Of a stretch of DNA of 64,000 nucleotides, positions 59,205 through 64,000 are shown piece after piece. Below the pieces are notes generated by a model. The model was given only the letters and a program-made list of their open reading frames with translations. It searched no databases and was not told where the DNA came from. Origin of the DNA: Acidobacteriota bacterium (GTDB lineage: Bacteria > Acidobacteriota > UBA890 > WLXD01); contig CBDBHB010000009.1 of the NCBI GenBank assembly GCA_965205505.1, positions 800,001 through 864,000 of the forward strand, read 5' to 3'. The position numbers and the translations under genes were made by a program. Every line of letters starts with the position of its first letter. The stretch's first letter is position 1.

Positions 59205-60763
59205 CTGAGCTCTCCGTCCGGCATCGGTCGCGGGCGAATAACGCCGATGTTGGCCTCGATCTCGATTACCGTGCCGAAAGGTGCCGACATCTTGGCCAGC
59301 CTCTGCAGGATTTCCTGTGCCACCTCAGGCTCGGCCAGCCGGGGTACGCCGCTCTCGGTCAGGCGACGGCCATGGCCGAGATCGACCGGGTACAGGCGCA
59401 GCTCGGCGAGCTGTCCGCCCTCGTAACGACTCACCGGCACGACGGTTTGGTACACGAGTTCGTCGCTGAAGCCTGACTTGGGCCCGGCCATCATCAGGAA
59501 CAGCTCTGCGTCGGTGACGTCGTGCCCCGCGCCGAAAGTCGTGTCGAGATCGTCGGCGTAGCGCTCGTAATAGTCATTGCCGAAGGGGCCCTGCATGTCG
59601 CTCCAGAAGAAGTCGCCCAACCCGTAGAAAATCGGTCGACCCTTGTAGATCTCGATTGGGCGCAAGCGGTGGGTGCCGGTGCCCACGAAGGCGTCGGCCC
59701 CGGCGTCGATCGCGGCGCGCGCAAACGTCGGCAGGAAATCGGCCAGCTTGTCGTGGCCGAGCCCGGTCTGGTGCACGTGGATCGATACGACCAGGAAGTC
59801 CGACAACTGCTTACCCTGCCGCACGCTGTGGAGGTTTTCATGCAGGTCGACCTCGTCTATCTCGTACCGGTAGCCCGGTTCGTCGCCCAGACGGAAGCTC
59901 GTGCTGAAGAGATTCAGCTCCTCCGGGAGTCGCGGCTCGCCGCTGCCCGACGGTTCACCGGCCAACCCTTCGTGGTCGTCTGGATCGGAGTCGCTGTCCG
60001 GGCGCGCGGTGCCGACATTGTTGAGTCGCTGTTGCTCGTTGATGGAACTGCGCAGGCGCACCAGCGCCCGCATCATCGGCTCGGTGACGACCGTGTGGCG
60101 GGTCGTCTTCAGAACATTGAGCCCCGGCCGACCTGGAGCGGCGCCGCGCGGCGGGGCCGCTTCCGAGAACTCTGCAAAAGTGGACGCTACCGACACCAGG
60201 CTCACGCGCCCCTTCGGTGTTTCGAGGAAGCGAGGCGCTCGCGCTTCGGCGCGATGCTCGCCCGAGCCAGCGTGCACCAGCCCGGCTCGGTCTAGCCATT
60301 CGCTGGTCTCGCGCATGCCGGCGCGCCCCCAGTCGAGCGCGTGGTTGTTGGCACGCGAGAACATATCGAAACCGAGATCCTTGAGGTCCTGAGCGGTCTG
60401 CGGGGTGGCGATGCACCAACAGCCGCCGTCTTCGGCCTCGGGGTAACCCACAAACCTTCGTATATCGATGAGGCTGGTTTCGAAGTTGCCGAGGCTCACG
60501 TCGGCCTCGTCGATGATTTTCATCACCGCTGCGAAGGCCGGGTCGGTGGCGAGCATCTGCGAGTGTGGTCGGGCGATGATGCAATCGCCGACCGCCGCGA
60601 AGGTGAATCCATCGTCGATGCTGGTAGCGATCTCGGCGCCGAGCGGCCGCTGCGGGTCGAGCAGCTCTTGATCGGCATCGTTGTCCTGGGCCGTTGCGGC
60701 GCTGGCGCCGGGGTTCCAGATGAACGCCAGTGCGAAGGCGACGCACTGGACTCGGGACTTCAT
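59201..60763 (-). CDS. CapA/PGA_cap-family metallophosphoesterase
   Basis: AVGD, GNFET, ANNHALDWG, VSIHVH, GTGTH, IFYGLGDF. Confidence 0.88.
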   Translation of the reverse strand: MKSRVQCVAFALAFIWNPGASAATAQDNDADQELLDPQRPLGAEIATSIDDGFTFAAVGDCIIARPHSQMLATDPAFAAVMKIIDEADVSLGNFETSLIDIRRFVGYPEAEDGGCWCIATPQTAQDLKDLGFDMFSRANNHALDWGRAGMRETSEWLDRAGLVHAGSGEHRAEARAPRFLETPKGRVSLVSVASTFAEFSEAAPPRGAAPGRPGLNVLKTTRHTVVTEPMMRALVRLRSSINEQQRLNNVGTARPDSDSDPDDHEGLAGEPSGSGEPRLPEELNLFSTSFRLGDEPGYRYEIDEVDLHENLHSVRQGKQLSDFLVVSIHVHQTGLGHDKLADFLPTFARAAIDAGADAFVGTGTHRLRPIEIYKGRPIFYGLGDFFWSDMQGPFGNDYYERYADDLDTTFGAGHDVTDAELFLMMAGPKSGFSDELVYQTVVPVSRYEGGQLAELRLYPVDLGHGRRLTESGVPRLAEPEVAQEILQRLAKMSAPFGTVIEIEANIGVIRPRPMPDGELR

Positions 60764-60879
60764 CGCCAGGTCTCAGAGTGACCGGCGAAAAGCACGTCAA
60801 CATGTGGTGCCACGCGTGTCATCATGGCCTACCGCTTCCCTCCAGGCTGAGCGAGGTGCGCACCGTGTTTACCGACCCA

Positions 60880-61024
60880 GCCCTCCGGGTGGCCGCGGGG
60901 CTGGCCGCCTCCGGCGTCGGCTCTCCTCTGCGATACGCTCAGCATCGCTGTCGTCGAGCCTCCTTGGACGCGACTCAATCGCGCGCGCCACAATATGCAA
61001 CGAACCTCTGTTACAGGACACTAG
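60880..61024 (-). repeat. Diverged half-copy of MITE family B
   Basis: Reverse complement CTAGTGTCCTGTAAC...TTGTGGCGCGCGCGA...GCGATGCTGAGCGTATCG...CCCGCGGCCACCCGGAGGGC aligns colinearly with 33151-33295. Confidence 0.82.
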
Positions 61025-61124
61025 TCGCATGAGTGAGCGGAGGCCAGCTCAGAACTGATTGCCATCGTCGTCGTACCATGAAGTCGAGCTCTCCCGCGTC
61101 GCGCGGTAGTCACCGAGGCTTGAG

Positions 61125-63602
61125 ATGAATGCGTTCGTTGCGACCTATGGAGCCCTTGCAGCCATTCCGGTGGCTGCGATGGTCGCGGCAACATGCCTGC
61201 TGGTCCTGGTGCTGGGCTTTCGCGGCGCGCGCCTGCCAATCTGGACGTTCGTCGGTGCGGCGGTGCTTTGGGGACTCGGCGCGCCTATCTGGGCCTGGGT
61301 GTTGTTCGCCGCGTCGGCGCTGGTGTTCAACGTCGGCCCGCTGCGTCGGCCGCTGGCGACGGCGCCGGTCATGGCCATCATTCGTAGGCAGCAGCTGCTG
61401 CCGCGCATCTCCGACACCGAGCGAGTGGCCATCGAGGCGGGCACGGTGTGGGTCGATCGCGAGCTGTTTTCCGGCAAGCCCGATCTCGGCCGCTTGCTCG
61501 GCGAGCCCTATCCGGGACTGACCGCCGAGGAGCAGGCGTTTCTCGACGGGCCCGTCGAGGAGATCTGCCGGCTCACCGATGACTACGAGGTCTCCCGGCA
61601 GCGCGTCCTTCCGAGCAAGGTCTGGGAGCTATACGCGAAACACCGTTTCTTCGGCATGATCATACCGAAGGAATACGGCGGTCTGGGGTTCTCCGCCTCA
61701 GCCAACAGCGCGGTGGTCGGGAAGCTCTCCTCGCGATCGACGCAGCTACAGGTGAACGTCGGCGTAACGAACTCGCTCGGGCCGGCGGAGTTGCTAATCC
61801 GCTACGGCACCGATGAGCAGAAGGACTACTACCTTCCACGCTTGGCGCGCGCCGAAGAGATTCCGTGCTTCGCGCTCACCGAGCCCGGCGCGGGCTCCGA
61901 TGCCGGCTCCATGACGTCCCATGGGACGGTGTTTCGCGACGCTGACGGTGAGTTGCGGCTGCGATTGACCTGGAACAAGCGCTACATCACCCTGGCCCCC
62001 GTTTCGACCCTGCTCGGCCTGGCCTTTCAGCTGCGCGATCCTGAAAACCTGTTGGGCAAGGGAACGGCCCCGGGCATCACTTGTGCGCTGATCCCCACCG
62101 ACACCCCAGGCGTCGACGTTAGCCAGCGGCACGATCCGCTCGGCCCGCCTTTCCACAACGGGCCGACCGTAGGCACGGACGTGGTGGTCGGCATCGACGC
62201 CATCATCGGTGGCGTGGACGGAGCCGGCAGAGGTTGGCAGATGCTCATGGAGTGCCTGGCGGCCGGTCGTGGTATCTCGCTACCGGGGTCGGCGGCCGGG
62301 GGTGCCAAGACCGTGGCCCGAGTGGCCGGCGCCTACGCCTCGGTGCGCCACCAGTTCGGCATGTCGATCGGCAAATTCGAAGGCATCCAGGAACCGCTGG
62401 CGCGGATCGGGGGTATTGTCTATGTGCTGGAGGCGGCCCGCCGCTATACCAACGGGGCGCTGGACGCACATGCCCAACCGGCCGTGATTACCGCGATTGC
62501 CAAGTACAACTTCACCGAGCTGGCGCGCCAGGCGGTGACCGACGGTATGGACATTCTCGGCGGTGCCGCGATCATGCAAGGACCGCGCAACCTTATCGCC
62601 AGCGGTTGGGCAGGCGTTCCGGTCAGCATCACGGTAGAGGGTGCCAACATCCTCACCCGTACGTTGATCGTGTTCGGCCAGGGCGCCATCCGCTCCCATC
62701 CGTTTGCCTACCGCGAGATCAAGGCGGTGGCGGCGAACGATCGGAGAGACTTCGACGCGGCGTTCTGGGGCCACGTCGGCATGGTGGTGCGGAGCCTATG
62801 CCGCGCCATCGTGCTGGGGGTGACGCGCGGGCGCCTGGCCAGCTCACCTGTCGGGGGACCGGCGGCTCGCTACTACCGGAAGTTGGCGTGGACGTCGGCG
62901 ACCTTTGCCTTGCTCGCCGATCTGGCGATGGTCACGCTGGGCGGCCAACTCAAGCGCAAGGGCGCGCTGACCGGCCGCTTCGCCGATGTCTTCTCCTGGA
63001 TGTACCTCGGGAGCGCCGTGCTGAGGCGCTTCGAAGCGGAGGGGCGTCGCCGCGAAGACCTGCCGCTGCTGCACTGGTCGATGATGGACGCCTTCGCACG
63101 GATTCAGGACGCGCTAGAGGGAATCCTTCAGAACCTCGACGTGCCGCTCCTGGGCATGCTCCTACGAGGCCCGGTTGCGGCATTCGCACGCTGGAATCGC
63201 ATCGGCCGACGCCCCGACGATCGCCTCGCCGGCGAGGTAGCCCGTATCCTACAGACGCCTGGCGCACAGCGCGATGCTCTGACTTCGGGCATCTACATGC
63301 CCGACGATGCCAGCCAAGGTCTGGGCCGCCTCGAGCACGCCTTCGAGCTCAGCTTCCAGGCGGAGGGTGTAACGCGGAAGATCAAGTCGGCCGTTCGAAA
63401 GCGCCAGTTGCCGAAGTCCGACCCCGCAACGCTGGTAGGCGATGCGGTGAAGGCGGGTTTGATCACGGCGCAGGAGGCGGAGCTCGTCGCGGCCGCCGAA
63501 GCGGCACGCGACGACGCCATTCAGGTCGACTCGCTTACCAGGGACGAGTACATGGCGATCGCCGCCGGCGATGCGGTGCCTGGGACCGTGGGCGTCAGCT
63601 AG
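61125..63602 (+). CDS. fadE: Long acyl-CoA dehydrogenase (FadE type)
   Basis: N-terminal TM anchor, LPRISDTE, NSLGPAELL, CFALTEPGAGSDAG, QFGMSIGKFEGI, ITVEGANILTR. Confidence 0.93.
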   Translation: MNAFVATYGALAAIPVAAMVAATCLLVLVLGFRGARLPIWTFVGAAVLWGLGAPIWAWVLFAASALVFNVGPLRRPLATAPVMAIIRRQQLLPRISDTERVAIEAGTVWVDRELFSGKPDLGRLLGEPYPGLTAEEQAFLDGPVEEICRLTDDYEVSRQRVLPSKVWELYAKHRFFGMIIPKEYGGLGFSASANSAVVGKLSSRSTQLQVNVGVTNSLGPAELLIRYGTDEQKDYYLPRLARAEEIPCFALTEPGAGSDAGSMTSHGTVFRDADGELRLRLTWNKRYITLAPVSTLLGLAFQLRDPENLLGKGTAPGITCALIPTDTPGVDVSQRHDPLGPPFHNGPTVGTDVVVGIDAIIGGVDGAGRGWQMLMECLAAGRGISLPGSAAGGAKTVARVAGAYASVRHQFGMSIGKFEGIQEPLARIGGIVYVLEAARRYTNGALDAHAQPAVITAIAKYNFTELARQAVTDGMDILGGAAIMQGPRNLIASGWAGVPVSITVEGANILTRTLIVFGQGAIRSHPFAYREIKAVAANDRRDFDAAFWGHVGMVVRSLCRAIVLGVTRGRLASSPVGGPAARYYRKLAWTSATFALLADLAMVTLGGQLKRKGALTGRFADVFSWMYLGSAVLRRFEAEGRRREDLPLLHWSMMDAFARIQDALEGILQNLDVPLLGMLLRGPVAAFARWNRIGRRPDDRLAGEVARILQTPGAQRDALTSGIYMPDDASQGLGRLEHAFELSFQAEGVTRKIKSAVRKRQLPKSDPATLVGDAVKAGLITAQEAELVAAAEAARDDAIQVDSLTRDEYMAIAAGDAVPGTVGVS

Positions 63603-63635
63603 CAGGCCCACCACACTTTCACCACGGCCTGCTAG
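63599..63635. repeat. Complete 37-bp family A mini inverted-repeat element
   Basis: CTAGCAGGCC-CACCACACTTTCACCAC-GGCCTGCTAG; perfect 10-bp arms. Confidence 0.88.
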
Positions 63636-64000
63636 CGAACGATGGCCTGATAGACGAGCGTCTGGAACTTTGGTTGCAGGTCACTGTTGCCCGCGGGAAT
63701 CAGCTGGGTCATGAGCACTGCAACCAGATCCTCGGCCGGGTCGACCCAGTAGGTGGTGTGGTAGGCGCCTCCCCAGCTGAATACGCCGTCGGAACCGTGC
63801 TGCCCGGTCGCGCCGAGGTCGAGGGTCACCTGGAATCCGAGGCCGAACCCCGCCCCTGCTCCCCACGCGAAGCGATCGGCGACATGGTTGACGGTCATCA
63901 GTTCGACTGTCTTCGGGCTCAGGAGACGCTCTCCGTCGAGCGCGCCACCGGCGAGCAGCATCTGCAGAAAGCGCGCGTAGTCGCTGGCGGTCGATAGTAG
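63632..64000 (-). CDS. Serine hydrolase (beta-lactamase family), C-terminal part
   Basis: FCQML-type segment, GFGLGF, FSWGGAYHTTYWVDP; paralog of 9307-10581; begins beyond the window. Confidence 0.85.
   Translation of the reverse strand, partial: LLSTASDYARFLQMLLAGGALDGERLLSPKTVELMTVNHVADRFAWGAGAGFGLGFQVTLDLGATGQHGSDGVFSWGGAYHTTYWVDPAEDLVAVLMTQLIPAGNSDLQPKFQTLVYQAIVR

Noticed and set aside
59201-60763. Poly-gamma-glutamate capsule synthesis
   Set aside because: No capB or capC nearby; stand-alone CapA-domain proteins are common.
1636-63635. CACCACGGCCTGCTAG repeats as a CRISPR array
   Set aside because: Copies are dispersed kilobases apart, there are no regular spacers and no cas genes.
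11868-63635. Family A repeats as strand-polarised Chi-like sites for AddAB (they contain GTGGTGG)
   Set aside because: The 11868 copy is in the opposite orientation, and the motif is embedded in CTAG-bounded inverted repeats that are better explained as IS-derived ends.

Overview
High-GC bacterial chromosomal segment. The gene content (ADOP-type permease remnant, Ser/Thr kinase-propeller remnant, many secreted serine hydrolases, amidohydrolases, sulfatase, PQQ dehydrogenase) suggests Acidobacteriota or a similar lineage; this is an inference. It carries about 45 mostly metabolic CDSs: glyoxylate/2-hydroxyacid genes, a GcvT/DmdA-like gene, metVF, ribokinase, ppsA, addBA, fadE and mscS. It also has two intact and one collapsed VapBC-type TA modules and a truncated exopolysaccharide cluster. 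I saw no rRNA, tRNA or CRISPR array. The most interesting signals are non-coding. (1) An IS1111-type IS110 element (17510-18916) has a 3' non-coding end that folds into a bridge/seekRNA-like loop whose two strands match the reconstructed insertion site. (2) A dispersed family of CTAG-ended miniature palindromic elements carries one covarying ERIC-like structured core between two different kinds of terminal repeat. (3) Deletion-type gene erosion is widespread, with several junctions at microhomologies or at element ends.
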